DNA of 63,993 nt, filler included, from an uncultured bacterium (GTDB taxonomy: Bacteria > Hinthialibacterota > Hinthialibacteria > Hinthialibacterales > Hinthialibacteraceae), in NCBI GenBank assembly GCA_964449065.1. It is 6 parts of 6 records of this genome, joined end to end, with 100 filler letters (N's around TTAATTAATTAA, not from the genome) between each part and the next. Parts side by side here need not be neighbours in the genome. Positions count along the whole stretch, not along the records: positions 21,849 to 32,484 come from CAYVAZ010000176.1; positions 32,585 to 43,162 come from CAYVAZ010000177.1; 4 more parts are not named here. One strand, 5' to 3'. The notes below the pieces were generated by a model. It did no database searches. It saw nothing but the letters and a program-made list of their open reading frames with translations, and was not told the origin of the DNA. Of the stretch, positions 29,979 to 40,010 are shown in pieces. The first letter of the stretch is position 1, and the number at the start of each line of letters is the position of its first letter. A program made the position numbers and the translations under genes.

Positions 29979-30767
29979 TTACCGCTTCAATTGGTTTGCG
30001 GTTTGAATCATTTCATCTCCGGTTTGAACAACTCGTGAGTTGACTTCATACGCGCGTTGGGCGGTGATGAGGTTCACCAATTCTTCCGCAACGCTGACGT
30101 TTGAGTTTTCCAAAAATCCTTGTGCCAGGTCGCCCAATTCGTTTTCTCCAGGGTTGCCCAATACCGGCGGTCCTGAAGCTTCAGTTTCCACAAATAAGTT
30201 TTTCCCGATGGCGTGCAATCCGGTTGGGTTAATGAAATCCGCCAATTGAATTTGCCCCACTTGAACGTTTTGGTTGCCGGGCTGCTGCAAAACGCTGACG
30301 ATGCCTTCTTCACTGATGTTAAGCGCGGTAGTCTCTTGAGGCAAAATGATGTTGTCGGCTAACGGGAAGCCATCAGATGTGACCAGACGACCGGTTTCAT
30401 CCAGCGTGATTGCGCCGTCGCGGGTATACCCATCGGTGCCGTCCGGCATGGTTATCCGAAAGAAACCGCGTCCCGCAATAGCAACGTCAAACGGATTCTC
30501 GGTTGCCCGGAACGCGCCTTCGGTAAACACGCGGCGGGTACCGGCAACCCGAACCCCATGTCCGATCTGTATCCCGGTTGGCAGCAGGTTTGCTTGAGAG
30601 ACATTCGACCCGGCGGGTTTGATGGTTTGATACAGCAGATCCTGAAAATCCACGCGGGTTTTTTTGTATCCAAAGGTGTTGGCGTTGGCGAGGTTGTTGG
30701 CGATGTTGTCCACTTGGAACGACATGCCATGCATCCCCGCGGCACCGGTGAAAAGCCCTCGTAACAT
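29979..30767 (-). CDS. flgG: Flagellar distal rod protein
   Basis: IANNLANANT.G.K..R..FQDLLYQ, G.QIG.G, YTRDG, LE.SNV.VAEELVNLI.AQRAYE.NS. Confidence 0.95.
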   Translation of the reverse strand: MLRGLFTGAAGMHGMSFQVDNIANNLANANTFGYKKTRVDFQDLLYQTIKPAGSNVSQANLLPTGIQIGHGVRVAGTRRVFTEGAFRATENPFDVAIAGRGFFRITMPDGTDGYTRDGAITLDETGRLVTSDGFPLADNIILPQETTALNISEEGIVSVLQQPGNQNVQVGQIQLADFINPTGLHAIGKNLFVETEASGPPVLGNPGENELGDLAQGFLENSNVSVAEELVNLITAQRAYEVNSRVVQTGDEMIQTANQLKR

Positions 30768-30809
30768 GAGTCTGTCTCCTTATTCCAGCAAAAGATTCGT
30801 ATGATTCGC

Positions 30810-31640
30810 TTATCGAACACGGCCCACTTCATTCACAGCTGCTTGCAGGGTTTCATCCAATGCCTGCACCACCCGGGCACTGGCTTCGTGAATGCGGGAA
30901 GAGTCGATCAATTTCACCATTTCGGTCGTAGGTGCCGTGTTCGCCCGCTCGATGTATCCCTGCATGACACGGAAGCGTTCCGGCGGGATGATGTTGTCTT
31001 CGCTGCCTTCTTCCACCCGAAACAGGTTGCCCGGTTCACGGAACAATAAGTCTTTGTTTTCAAAATCGACCACGCGAATTTGATCGAGTATGACATCATT
31101 CATAATGCCGGTGTTCGGGTCGGGGCGCTTGACGACCACATGTCCGCGGGGATCCACATAAAAATCTTCGGTATTGACTTGAATCGGGCTGGGGACACGG
31201 CCTTGATTCAACCCTTGGCCCACCACAAAATGCCCCTGCGGATTGACCAGAAAGCCATCTTTATTCACCATAAAGTTTCCCGCACGGGTAAAGCGCAAGC
31301 CGTCCGGGGTTTGCAGGGCGAAGTAACCGTCGCCGTCGATCACCATGTCGGATTTATTATCAGTATATTGCGTGGCGCCGGGGGTATGATCGACATATGT
31401 CCAATCGATTCCGGCTCCAGTACCCACCCGGCCGATAGCATGATTGTATCGCGGCTTATCCGTCGAGGGGCTAAGGCCGCGGTAGGATTCATAGAGCAGC
31501 GTATCCGGAAACGAGCGGATGACGACATCTTCACGTTTAAATCCGGGCATCATCGAGCCCGCCATATTTTGGGCGAGGGTATCCTGCACTCTTTCTTGAA
31601 TAATCATGCCCGATGCGGCGGAATACAATCCGGTTAACAT
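30810..31640 (-). CDS. flgF: Flagellar proximal rod protein FlgF-like
   Basis: GLY.AASGM, G.GYF...TPDG..FTRAGNF, QGYIE..N...EMV.LI; immediately upstream of flgG. Confidence 0.85.
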   Translation of the reverse strand: MLTGLYSAASGMIIQERVQDTLAQNMAGSMMPGFKREDVVIRSFPDTLLYESYRGLSPSTDKPRYNHAIGRVGTGAGIDWTYVDHTPGATQYTDNKSDMVIDGDGYFALQTPDGLRFTRAGNFMVNKDGFLVNPQGHFVVGQGLNQGRVPSPIQVNTEDFYVDPRGHVVVKRPDPNTGIMNDVILDQIRVVDFENKDLLFREPGNLFRVEEGSEDNIIPPERFRVMQGYIERANTAPTTEMVKLIDSSRIHEASARVVQALDETLQAAVNEVGRVR

Positions 31641-31675
31641 ACCCGTCTCCTGCAATGATGGTTTGTATGGATCAA

Positions 31676-31807
31676 AGCAATGACTATACCAGATAAAAGA
31701 TTAAGGTGGATTTCAAAGCTAACTATTGCAATATGAGAGTGTTATAATTGAACGTGGTCTACATGATTCTCAGGAAAGGCACAGTGAAACTCTAGGTAAA
31801 AGTTTCC
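31676..31807 (-). promoter_or_regulatory. sigma54 promoter of the flgF operon with an upstream 13-mer
   Basis: Minus strand TGGTAT-AGTCA-TTGCT (31676-31691); GGTAAAAGTTTCC at 31795-31807. Confidence 0.7.
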
Positions 31808-31816
31808 ATTATCGGC

Positions 31817-32221
31817 ATGAATCTCCTGATCTTAAGTGGGTACAATGAAAATTCATATTTGGGTGATGGGTGGTATGGGCTGGAACGGTCACCTGAAGGA
31901 CTGCTTTATAAAGCTTCAAAGCCCTATGCGAACTTGATTCTACCTGTTGAAGGAAATGTTAAGATAACTTTATATTTAACTGCACGACCCGAACACACTC
32001 ATGATCCACTTCTGGTGGATGTGAAGCGCAATGGAGAAACACAATCGACATTCACATTGGAATCAAACAATTGGGTGATGCGTTCCGCAACAATCAACGT
32101 AAAGAAAGATCAACCAATCGTGTTTCATACCCACAATCCCTGGTCACCGGATGCGCTTTATCAGAACGGCGATATTCGTGCGTTGGGATTTTTAATGAGT
32201 TCTATTCATATTTGCAATTAA
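31817..32221 (+). CDS. Hypothetical beta-rich protein resembling glycosyltransferase C-terminal accessory domains
   Basis: LG.GWY..E ... W.P......D.R.LG pattern. Confidence 0.5.
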   Translation: MNLLILSGYNENSYLGDGWYGLERSPEGLLYKASKPYANLILPVEGNVKITLYLTARPEHTHDPLLVDVKRNGETQSTFTLESNNWVMRSATINVKKDQPIVFHTHNPWSPDALYQNGDIRALGFLMSSIHICN

Positions 32222-32436
32222 TACTGATGCAATTTGAGATTGCTGCATATTGAATACTTAACATCTTCCTTTCGCTGGGCTTACGCCGCGCTTAGCAGTC
32301 ATTATACCTTTTCAAAAAAAAATGTTTGATGCGTGTCTAATATGTCTTTCGAAGGCCTCAATTCTCTCCGCAAGAATGGGGCGAGCTAGAGGATTATGTC
32401 ATTGACTGAATGAAATTAACCTGAAAAACAACGCTT

Positions 32437-32484
32437 TGTCTCCCCCAAATCCTTTGGGGGAGATGTCCGCCACAAGGAGGACAG
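32437..32484. repeat. REP-like family Z (CCCTCTGTC..GGACATCTCCCCCAAA..TTTGGGGGAGA)
   Basis: Copies at 53794-53825 and 54269-54318, partial at 47497-47533; two of them sit at contig ends. Confidence 0.7.
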
Positions 32485-32584
32485 NNNNNNNNNNNNNNNN
32501 NNNNNNNNNNNNNNNNNNNNNNNNNNNNTTAATTAATTAANNNNNNNNNNNNNNNNNNNNNNNNNNNNNNNNNNNNNNNNNNNN
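32485..32584. other. Artificial contig linker
   Basis: N44-TTAATTAATTAA-N44. Confidence 0.98.
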
Positions 32585-32903
32585 TGTTGTGATACATTCA
32601 GGGTTGTATTGATCCGGCATGGATCAAAACCGAAAGATGGTCCGATAGGCCGGTACGGCTGACCCATCCTACGGTAACTGGCAATCACGCCTAAAAATTA
32701 CCACGTCTTTTTACGCGGGAACCCCGCCATGATCGCAACCCTCACTGTCATGCTCGACACCAAAGGCTTCACCAAAGCCAATGGAAAAAACCCGGTACAT
32801 TGCATACGGAAGAGTAATGGTAGGTTTAAGTAAGAGTGAAAATATTTATAAAAAGCGATCCAGTTTGGCTATAATGTTTGTAAATCAAGTTGGAGTGATG
32901 AAC

Positions 32904-33140
32904 ATGACTCAATGGAATCTAACGATCCCGGATAAAACCGATGAAATTGTTCGCAACTATTTAGCCCAAAACGGTGGGGATCAAAAGAATTTGTCACAAT
33001 TCGTAAACGAAGCGGTTTGCCAAACGGTGTTTCGCAACACGGTGAAAGAAATTAAAGAAAAAAATGCAGACCGGGACCAAGAAGAACTCATGAACTTGGT
33101 CGATGAAGCGGTGGATTGGGCCCGTGAAAATTGTTCTTGA
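32904..33140 (+). CDS. Ribbon-helix-helix antitoxin-like protein
   Basis: WNL.I...TD..VR.YL...G....LS.FV.EAV; GGAG RBS; overlaps the PIN gene start. Confidence 0.7.
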   Translation: MTQWNLTIPDKTDEIVRNYLAQNGGDQKNLSQFVNEAVCQTVFRNTVKEIKEKNADRDQEELMNLVDEAVDWARENCS

Positions 33141-33549
33141 TACTAATGTGTTAGTCAGTTCGTTGATTTCGACCAACACCCCGCCAGACTTACTCTATCA
33201 AGCGTGGGACGAAAATATATTCGATCTGTTAACTTCAAAAGCCCAAATAGAAGAACTTATCCGTGTTTTCAATTACCCGCATCTAAGAAAGATCATACCG
33301 ACTGAGTCATCTCAGAAATTGTTGGATACGATTGTGACTAAGGCAATCGTTATTGAGGTATTTCAATCAGTAACTCATTCACCTGATCCGGCAGACAATA
33401 CAATTCTAGCGATTGCTCTAACTGGAAAGGCTGATTTCATTGTTTCCGGTGATAAACGCCACATGCTAAAGTTAAAACGTGTTGAAAATATACCGATTTT
33501 CAATGCGCGCGATGCACTGAAATGGATTTATGCCGGAGAAGATCAATGA
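33124..33549 (+). CDS. PIN-family putative toxin (TIGR00305-like)
   Basis: VLDTNVLVS, D..DN..L..A..G.ADFIVSGD. Confidence 0.85.
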   Translation: MKIVLDTNVLVSSLISTNTPPDLLYQAWDENIFDLLTSKAQIEELIRVFNYPHLRKIIPTESSQKLLDTIVTKAIVIEVFQSVTHSPDPADNTILAIALTGKADFIVSGDKRHMLKLKRVENIPIFNARDALKWIYAGEDQ

Positions 33550-33617
33550 TCAGTTTGTTAAAATACAATGGGAATAAATCCGATGGTAAACAATCCGGCA
33601 CGTTAAATAACAAGCAA

Positions 33618-35045
33618 TTACCCCTGTTCCCCCGCCCGTTCCGGGTCATAATCCGGATTCACCCGCGGCATTTGCGCTTTGGTATCTTTTATCCAATCAT
33701 TGACGCGGGCCAATAGATAGTTGGTAATTTTCTCCAATTCTTTCGCGGTGTTTTCGGTTTCTCCAATATCGTGAGGCTCTCCGTTTTGATATAGCCGGTA
33801 CAATTCGGCGCTGCGGTCTTCGTAAAAATACACCAAGCGGTATTCTCCCGCGCGCACGGCTGAATACGGCGTTCCACCCATTGCGTGATAATGCGGATAA
33901 TGCCAAAAGATAGCGTTGCGCTCCAGTCCGCTGGATTGATACAACAGCGGCAGCAGCGTTTCTCCATCGACCTTCTGCCAGGAGGGTATCTTTTCGCCCA
34001 GCATATCCATAATCGTGGGGTATAGATCGCAGCTGATGACCGGCTCATCGCAAAGGCTGCCTGCTTGAATGTCTTGCCCGCGTATAATCAACGGAATACG
34101 CACCCCGCCCTCATACGCAGAACCTTTCCCGGCACGCAGCGGCCGGTTATCGGTCACCCGGCTCAACCCGCCGTTGTCGCTGGTGAAGATGACCAGCGTA
34201 TTATCCGCAATGCCCATCTCATCAAGTGTATCCATCACCCTGCCGACCGCTCTATCCGTGCTTTCGATCATCGCGGCATACCCCGCCCGGTTCACGCCGT
34301 CTTTGGGAAGTCCTTTGTCTAAATACTTCTGTTCCAATTCCTCTTTGGGTTGAATCGGAGTATGCACCGCAAAGAAGGGCAGGTATAAGAAAAACGGATT
34401 TTCTTTGTGCTCTTCTATAAATGAAACCGCTTCGGATGCCATGCGGTCGGTTAGATATTCGCCTTTCTCTCCTTCTTCCAGCGTGGGGATGTTATAGGGT
34501 GCGTGATAACTCGGCGGTGATCCTCTGTGCGTCCCGCCGATGTTGATATCAAAGCCTTGGGCTTCGGGTAGATATCCTTCGCCGCCCAAATGCCATTTGC
34601 CGATGCTCGCACTGGTATAGCCCAATGGTTTTAACGCTTCGGCCAGCGTGATTTCATTATGCGGAAGTTCATGGTTAAATTCCGGCGGCAGATATTTCGC
34701 GTAGGGAAAATCATGCCCTTTTATCCAGTCAGTCAAATGCAGGCGCGCGGGATACTTTCCGGTCAGCAATGACGCCCGGGTTGGCGAGCAAACGGTGCAG
34801 GCCGAATACGCCTGCGTAAAGCGCATCCCCTGCGCGGCCAGTTTATCGATGTTGGGTGTTTCATAAATCGTGCTGCCATAGCAGCCGGTATCCATCCAGC
34901 CCATATCATCCACCACCATCATTACGATGTTGGGCTTTTTGCTTTCGCTATGCTGCGTGCTCATGCTGATATGATGAAAACCGAATGTGCTGATTCCAGC
35001 GAGGGCTGCGGTTTGCAAAAAAGACCGTCGGGCAAGTGTTGACAT
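33618..35045 (-). CDS. Tat-exported arylsulfatase
   Basis: ARRSFL Tat motif, DD.GW.D, TPNID.LA..G, CSPTRASLLTG (CxPxR), SDNGG, GKGSAYEGG. Confidence 0.92.
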   Translation of the reverse strand: MSTLARRSFLQTAALAGISTFGFHHISMSTQHSESKKPNIVMMVVDDMGWMDTGCYGSTIYETPNIDKLAAQGMRFTQAYSACTVCSPTRASLLTGKYPARLHLTDWIKGHDFPYAKYLPPEFNHELPHNEITLAEALKPLGYTSASIGKWHLGGEGYLPEAQGFDINIGGTHRGSPPSYHAPYNIPTLEEGEKGEYLTDRMASEAVSFIEEHKENPFFLYLPFFAVHTPIQPKEELEQKYLDKGLPKDGVNRAGYAAMIESTDRAVGRVMDTLDEMGIADNTLVIFTSDNGGLSRVTDNRPLRAGKGSAYEGGVRIPLIIRGQDIQAGSLCDEPVISCDLYPTIMDMLGEKIPSWQKVDGETLLPLLYQSSGLERNAIFWHYPHYHAMGGTPYSAVRAGEYRLVYFYEDRSAELYRLYQNGEPHDIGETENTAKELEKITNYLLARVNDWIKDTKAQMPRVNPDYDPERAGEQG

Positions 35046-35055
35046 ACATATCTCC

Positions 35056-35631
35056 TTACGAGGTGGCATCGCTGCCGTTCAACTTCAGTTCATCCGCGTG
35101 TGGTTTAAGGGTATCAATCAAAAACTGAATGTGATCGGTTAATTCGACATCCAACAGTTCCACCCCGGCTTTGACTTCATCGCGGTCTACTTTGGCGGCG
35201 AAACTCTTATCTTTTAATTTCTTCTTTACGCTTTTGGGGGTGAGGGTATGGATGCCGTCGGGCCGCACAAAGCAGCAGGCGCCGATAAACCCGGTGAGTT
35301 CATCGCAGGCCAATAGCGCTTTGTCCATCATGGTTTCGTAGGGAACACCCCAAGCGGTATGATGCGCCGAAACCGCGTGCGCGATTTCTTCTTCGCCCTG
35401 TTCGCGCAGCCACGCCACAATGATGGTAGGGTGCTGGTCGGGGAACCTCTCATAATCCGCGTCGTGAATGAGTCCACAGATTCCCCAGCGCTCTTCATCT
35501 TCCGTGCCGTTGCCGTATTGATGCGCGGCGCCGCGCATGGCAATCTCGATCGAGCGGGCATGGATAAGCAGCGCGTCCGACTGTGTCCACTCCGTCAGTT
35601 TGTTCCAAGCATCTTCGCGTGTAATACTCAT
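35056..35631 (-). CDS. HD-domain (HDIG-like) hydrolase
   Basis: H..., GLIHDADYE, H, DELTGF, SVKKKLKDKSFAA. Confidence 0.85.
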   Translation of the reverse strand: MSITREDAWNKLTEWTQSDALLIHARSIEIAMRGAAHQYGNGTEDEERWGICGLIHDADYERFPDQHPTIIVAWLREQGEEEIAHAVSAHHTAWGVPYETMMDKALLACDELTGFIGACCFVRPDGIHTLTPKSVKKKLKDKSFAAKVDRDEVKAGVELLDVELTDHIQFLIDTLKPHADELKLNGSDATS

Positions 35632-35852
35632 ACATCAAACCTCTGCGCAAATTTCGTTTATGGCGAATGCCAAAATACGTTTTGTTAGACTTAAACGGAG
35701 ACGTCCGGCCCGGCGGGAGCCTCGCCCTCCCAAAACAAAAAAGTATTTTGACTGCCACCCAAGTTATTCACAAAACCGCCTAAAAAAGCATTGCCTCCTC
35801 ACCTTAATTAAGGGGGGATTCATCCACTCCAAAACGTATAGTTAGTTTCCAA

Positions 35853-36989
35853 TTATAACCGTTTGATTCGAATATCCTTCCATTCAATCCACGCGCCGTC
35901 TTTGTGCATTTGCAAGGAAATATGGCCGGGGCGGATGGTGGTTAGTTTGTGAGTATTTACCACGGTTTCGCCGTTTACCCGTACAACGCATTGCGACCCT
36001 TCAACCCGAATCTGCATCAAGAACCACTCCTCATCGCGGTAGGCGGCTTGTTCGGCGCGGGCGATGTTATACAAACTGCCGGTGGTGTAGTTGGAATCGG
36101 GAATATTTTCGATTTGGATTTCATTGCCGCGGTCGCGGTTGGCCAGCGTGTTCCACCGGATGAAGATGCCGCCGTTGGCGTGTTCGCTGGTGCGCACATA
36201 CGTTTGCAGTTCAAAGTTTTCAAAGGTATCATGGCTGACCAGATAGGTGCCGTTATTTTCCGCATGGATTGCCCCGTCTTTGACGGTGAATTGCGCGCCT
36301 TCCCCCTCGGTATACCAACCGCTCAAGTCTTTGCCGTTGAACAAGTCGATCCACTCCCCGCCGGTGGATGGCAGTTCTTTGATGTGAATGTTGCGAAACC
36401 ATGCGGGATACCCCAACGCCTGCAAGCCGATGTAGCCTTGGCGAAGGCGGTAGCGCAGCTCTTCATGATGCTCCACATTCAAATCCTGCACGACTTGTCC
36501 GTTGATCCAGAATTTGAGGTACGGCCATTCCATCAAGATACGCCCCTGATTCCAAATACCTTCCTCACGCTGTGCCATGCGGATGGGGGGCAGCACACCG
36601 AAGATTCCGCCGCTGGTTTTGGGCAAGAGGCCTTCATCCATAATCTGATCAATCTGAAACTCAAACCCAACGCGTGAGTTGCGTCCATGCAGCGGGGCAT
36701 GAAAAAACACACCGCTGTTGCACCAGCCGTGATAGAGATATTCAAAGCGCAGATCAAAGTTTTCATACTGCTTATCGCTGCGCAGCCAGGCAGGAAAGTT
36801 GGCATGACCGGGCGCGACAATCGCCGGCGATGCAAGGTTCACCACAAACGCCGATTCATCATCCGTGCCTTCCAAATGCCAGCCGTTCAGCGTTTTGCCG
36901 TCAAACAGCGGCACAAACCCCTCTTGCGCATACGTGCATAACGGAACAAAGAAAAACGCAATCAATAACGCGGGTATAAACCGTTTCAT
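35853..36989 (-). CDS. Double DUF1080 (3-keto-glycoside hydrolase-like) exported protein
   Basis: Two LF.GK.L.GW ... NSG/NGG ... EfQI ... G.I.LQ ... FRNI repeats; signal peptide. Confidence 0.85.
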   Translation of the reverse strand: MKRFIPALLIAFFFVPLCTYAQEGFVPLFDGKTLNGWHLEGTDDESAFVVNLASPAIVAPGHANFPAWLRSDKQYENFDLRFEYLYHGWCNSGVFFHAPLHGRNSRVGFEFQIDQIMDEGLLPKTSGGIFGVLPPIRMAQREEGIWNQGRILMEWPYLKFWINGQVVQDLNVEHHEELRYRLRQGYIGLQALGYPAWFRNIHIKELPSTGGEWIDLFNGKDLSGWYTEGEGAQFTVKDGAIHAENNGTYLVSHDTFENFELQTYVRTSEHANGGIFIRWNTLANRDRGNEIQIENIPDSNYTTGSLYNIARAEQAAYRDEEWFLMQIRVEGSQCVVRVNGETVVNTHKLTTIRPGHISLQMHKDGAWIEWKDIRIKRL

Positions 36990-37080
36990 GTATACCTCCC
37001 AAAATAAGCTTGTTATCATTTTCGCTAAATCAAGGGGATGATCAATGTCTGCCGCACATGCTTTACAAAAGTGGAGGGGA

Positions 37081-38403
37081 ATGGCTTATAATGGCATGAC
37101 TATGGATACAAAAAAATCGAATAAGAGACAGTCTCCAATTGCCTATTCACCACAGAAGATCACCATGGCATTCTTGTATGGATTTGCCCTTTTGTTTGCC
37201 CTATGGGGATTTTTCAATGAACACACGCTTACGTTAATGTTCCTTCCTTCATCAGCCAATTTTTCTCCTTATCAGTGGGCTGCATTGACGGTTACGGTTG
37301 TTTGTGTTGTAGCGGCAAGCGGTATTCGGCGTTATGGATTACCCCGCTGTATGCAAAGGGATTGGGTGTTAAACCTGCTGCTAATGATTGCCGTTTGCGT
37401 ATCACCTGTGCTATTGTTTGAGATGGCCCTCGATCCGTTTTACCATGAAACGCAGAAAGAGGTCTCCATCTTTCAGCAAGACGATCAACTGGGCTGGCGA
37501 ATGAAACCGAATCTGAATGAGGATTATGGCGGCACACCCATTCGCACCAACTCCATCGGTTTGCGGGGAGAGGAACCGCTTAACCCCAAACCAAGTGAGA
37601 GCAAACGCATTCTCTTTCTCGGCGATTCGGTTATCTTCGGCTTGCGCATTGCTCCGGAAGCCAACACGTTGCCGGCAATAACAGCAAGTAAGTTGGAAGA
37701 GCGATTGAGTATACCCATCGAAGCAATCAACGCAGGCGTTCCCGGCTACAATACCTATCAGCAATACCTCTATTTCAAGCATGAAGGAATCCATCTCAAA
37801 CCGGATGCGGTCGTCTTGTGCTTTGTGATGAATGATCCCCTCAATACCTACACCCATCTGAAATACGACGATTACGGTGCCGATTCTCCTATCGCGTATT
37901 TGCAAAACACCCCTTTGGACGCCATGCTCAAACAAAGCAGCATCGTGCAAGCCGTGCAGTATTGGAAGAGCAGGCTGCGCTATGAACGAAACAGCCGCCA
38001 AAGCGCCATCTACGACGAACTCTTCTCCGCCCGCTCGTTAATAGAACGCGCCGGTCATGAAGAAATTTTGTCCGTATGGAAAATGACAAAAAACTATTTG
38101 GGCATGATCCATGCGTTGTGTTTAGAAAATGATATTCCGTTCCTGCTGGCAATCGCTCCTTACCGTTTTCAATACAAAGAACCGAATGGCAACACTATAC
38201 CGCAAGATGAATTGATGGAGCATACAAAAGCGAGTGAAATCGTAACGGTGGATTTATTGCCGCCATTGCTCGAATTCAAAGAAAACGTGGATTCCAATCC
38301 CAACCGCATTTTTCAAGATTACTGCCACTTTAAGGTAGATGGCCTGCGCCTCTGCGCCGAACAAATTGCGCGAACCATGATGGATCATAAAATGTTGGAA
38401 TAA
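37081..38403 (+). CDS. Membrane-anchored SGNH/GDSL hydrolase
   Basis: N-terminal TM helices, NS.G.R, LGDS, NAGVPGY, ND, DYCHF; start codon uncertain. Confidence 0.8.
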   Translation: MAYNGMTMDTKKSNKRQSPIAYSPQKITMAFLYGFALLFALWGFFNEHTLTLMFLPSSANFSPYQWAALTVTVVCVVAASGIRRYGLPRCMQRDWVLNLLLMIAVCVSPVLLFEMALDPFYHETQKEVSIFQQDDQLGWRMKPNLNEDYGGTPIRTNSIGLRGEEPLNPKPSESKRILFLGDSVIFGLRIAPEANTLPAITASKLEERLSIPIEAINAGVPGYNTYQQYLYFKHEGIHLKPDAVVLCFVMNDPLNTYTHLKYDDYGADSPIAYLQNTPLDAMLKQSSIVQAVQYWKSRLRYERNSRQSAIYDELFSARSLIERAGHEEILSVWKMTKNYLGMIHALCLENDIPFLLAIAPYRFQYKEPNGNTIPQDELMEHTKASEIVTVDLLPPLLEFKENVDSNPNRIFQDYCHFKVDGLRLCAEQIARTMMDHKMLE

Positions 38404-38479
38404 TGATATGTGAGGTCTCGTTGCAACGTGATCCTACGATAGTTCTGATTGTGTGCTAATTCGGAATAGATATTCTAAA

Positions 38480-38590
38480 TAGAGCGTTTCAGAGTTGGAT
38501 AGACAGAATCTGTCGTTCTCTCCCTTATTAAGGGGGGTAGGGGGGATCAAAGACGATCTCTTTCTATCTACTCAAACCTAAATTACTCTA
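38480..38590. mobile_element. MITE family B carrying a Y-type hairpin
   Basis: TAGAGCGTTTCAGAGTTGGATAGAC ... TCTACTCAAACCTAAATTACTCTA ends; internal CCCTTATTAAGGGGGGTAGGGGGGATC. Confidence 0.65.
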
Positions 38591-38605
38591 GAAGAGGAAA
38601 AACCC

Positions 38606-39100
38606 ATGCCTGCTCCCGCCATCGCCCTGCCGCGTTATCCCAACTGCTTTGTATGTGGAAGCGAGAATCATTCCGGCTTTGATACCACCTTTTATTTTCG
38701 CAATAATCAAATCGAAACCGATATCATCCCTGAAGCCCGCCATACCGGTTATCAAAATGTTGTCCACGGCGGCCTGCTTGCCACCCTGCTGGATGAATGC
38801 ATGGGGTGGTCTTCCATCCTCTCCCGCAAAGTGATGTGCGCCACCGCTGAGATGTCCATCCGCTACAAAACTTCCGCCTATGTTGGAGACCGCTTAACCG
38901 TTTGCGGCCGGCTCATTTCCGATAAAAGGCGTATCATCCTGGCGAAAGGGGAAATCGTGCGCGATGACGGAACCGTCATCTGCACCGGAGAAGGGAAGTT
39001 CGTCCCCCTGCCGGAAGACCAGCAGCAAAGTGTGTTTGATTATTGGGGCGATCAATACGATAAAGTATTTGAACTCATCCATAACAAAAAAAGCGGTTGA
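38606..39100 (+). CDS. PaaI-family hotdog thioesterase
   Basis: CFVCG..N..G, VHGG..ATLLDE.MG. Confidence 0.88.
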   Translation: MPAPAIALPRYPNCFVCGSENHSGFDTTFYFRNNQIETDIIPEARHTGYQNVVHGGLLATLLDECMGWSSILSRKVMCATAEMSIRYKTSAYVGDRLTVCGRLISDKRRIILAKGEIVRDDGTVICTGEGKFVPLPEDQQQSVFDYWGDQYDKVFELIHNKKSG

Positions 39101-39116
39101 TTGCTCAACCGCTTTT
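39086..39116. terminator. Bidirectional terminator
   Basis: AAAAGCGGTTGA-TTGC-TCAACCGCTTTT between convergent genes. Confidence 0.8.
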
Positions 39117-39137
39117 CAGTCAGCCTTTTTAGAGGAT

Positions 39138-39935
39138 TTAGTTATTTGATTTTGTTGCTTCTGGTTTGGAACGGTTTCCCCGGCCTCTTCCGCCTCTGTT
39201 GCCGCCGCTGCGGTTGCCGCCGCTGTTTCGGTTTCCTCCGCCTCCACGGCCTTTACCGCCGCCGCGTCCGCCTCGTCCACCGCGTTTGCGGTCATCCGAG
39301 CCGCTGGGACGTCCGTTTTCTCGGTCATTCAAGGCAATCACAATCCGTTTTTTATCACCCGAACCGATGCTGAAGGTGGTTACTCCCTCATTCTCTTTCA
39401 GCGTCATGTGAACGATACGCCGTTCCCCGCCGGAAAGCGGCTGGGTTTTCTGATCTTTTTTGGTTTCTACTACCTTTTGCGCCATGCTGAGCGCCATTTC
39501 TTTCAGGTTTTCATCCCGGCGCTCGCGGTAGTTGTCGATATCCAGCACAACTTTCTTCCAGTCTTCTTTCTCACCGTTTAATATGCGAGAAATCAAATAT
39601 TGCATGGCGTCCAAGGTTTGCCCGTGATGCCCGATGAGAGGGGAAGCCTCTTCGCCCAAGTGGATGAAAACCTCATCGCCTTCTTCTTTGATTTCTTGTT
39701 TGGTATCGATTCCAATCAATTCCATCAACCGGCTTACAAATGTTTTGACCTGACCTTTTTCACCGTCACGCAGCGTCGCTTTCACTTGCGCCGGTTTACT
39801 GCCGATACCCAAAAACCCTTTGGTCCCCGCTGTGAGGGGATCAATCTCAACTTCTTCGCGCGTCGCGCCCAACTGCCTGAGCGCGTCTTCGGTCGCGTCT
39901 TCCAGCGTTTTCCCTTTTCCGATAACTTCATACAT
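39138..39935 (-). CDS. jag: Jag/EloR (KhpB) RNA-binding protein
   Basis: Jag_N (GKTLEDA..GFLGIG), KH (LIG.HG.TLDA.QYL), R3H (ERRIVH); Gly/Arg tail. Confidence 0.9.
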   Translation of the reverse strand: MYEVIGKGKTLEDATEDALRQLGATREEVEIDPLTAGTKGFLGIGSKPAQVKATLRDGEKGQVKTFVSRLMELIGIDTKQEIKEEGDEVFIHLGEEASPLIGHHGQTLDAMQYLISRILNGEKEDWKKVVLDIDNYRERRDENLKEMALSMAQKVVETKKDQKTQPLSGGERRIVHMTLKENEGVTTFSIGSGDKKRIVIALNDRENGRPSGSDDRKRGGRGGRGGGKGRGGGGNRNSGGNRSGGNRGGRGRGNRSKPEATKSNN

Positions 39936-40010
39936 GATGCTTCCTCCTTACTGGTTGAGAATCCGACCACTGCATCCGTTCTCTCTTTACGCGTTCTTAC
40001 CTACCTGCTT

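Noticed and set aside
11365..31640. One continuous flagellar supercluster
   Set aside because: The two flagellar blocks are on different contigs separated by a linker, so their proximity is not evidence of linkage.
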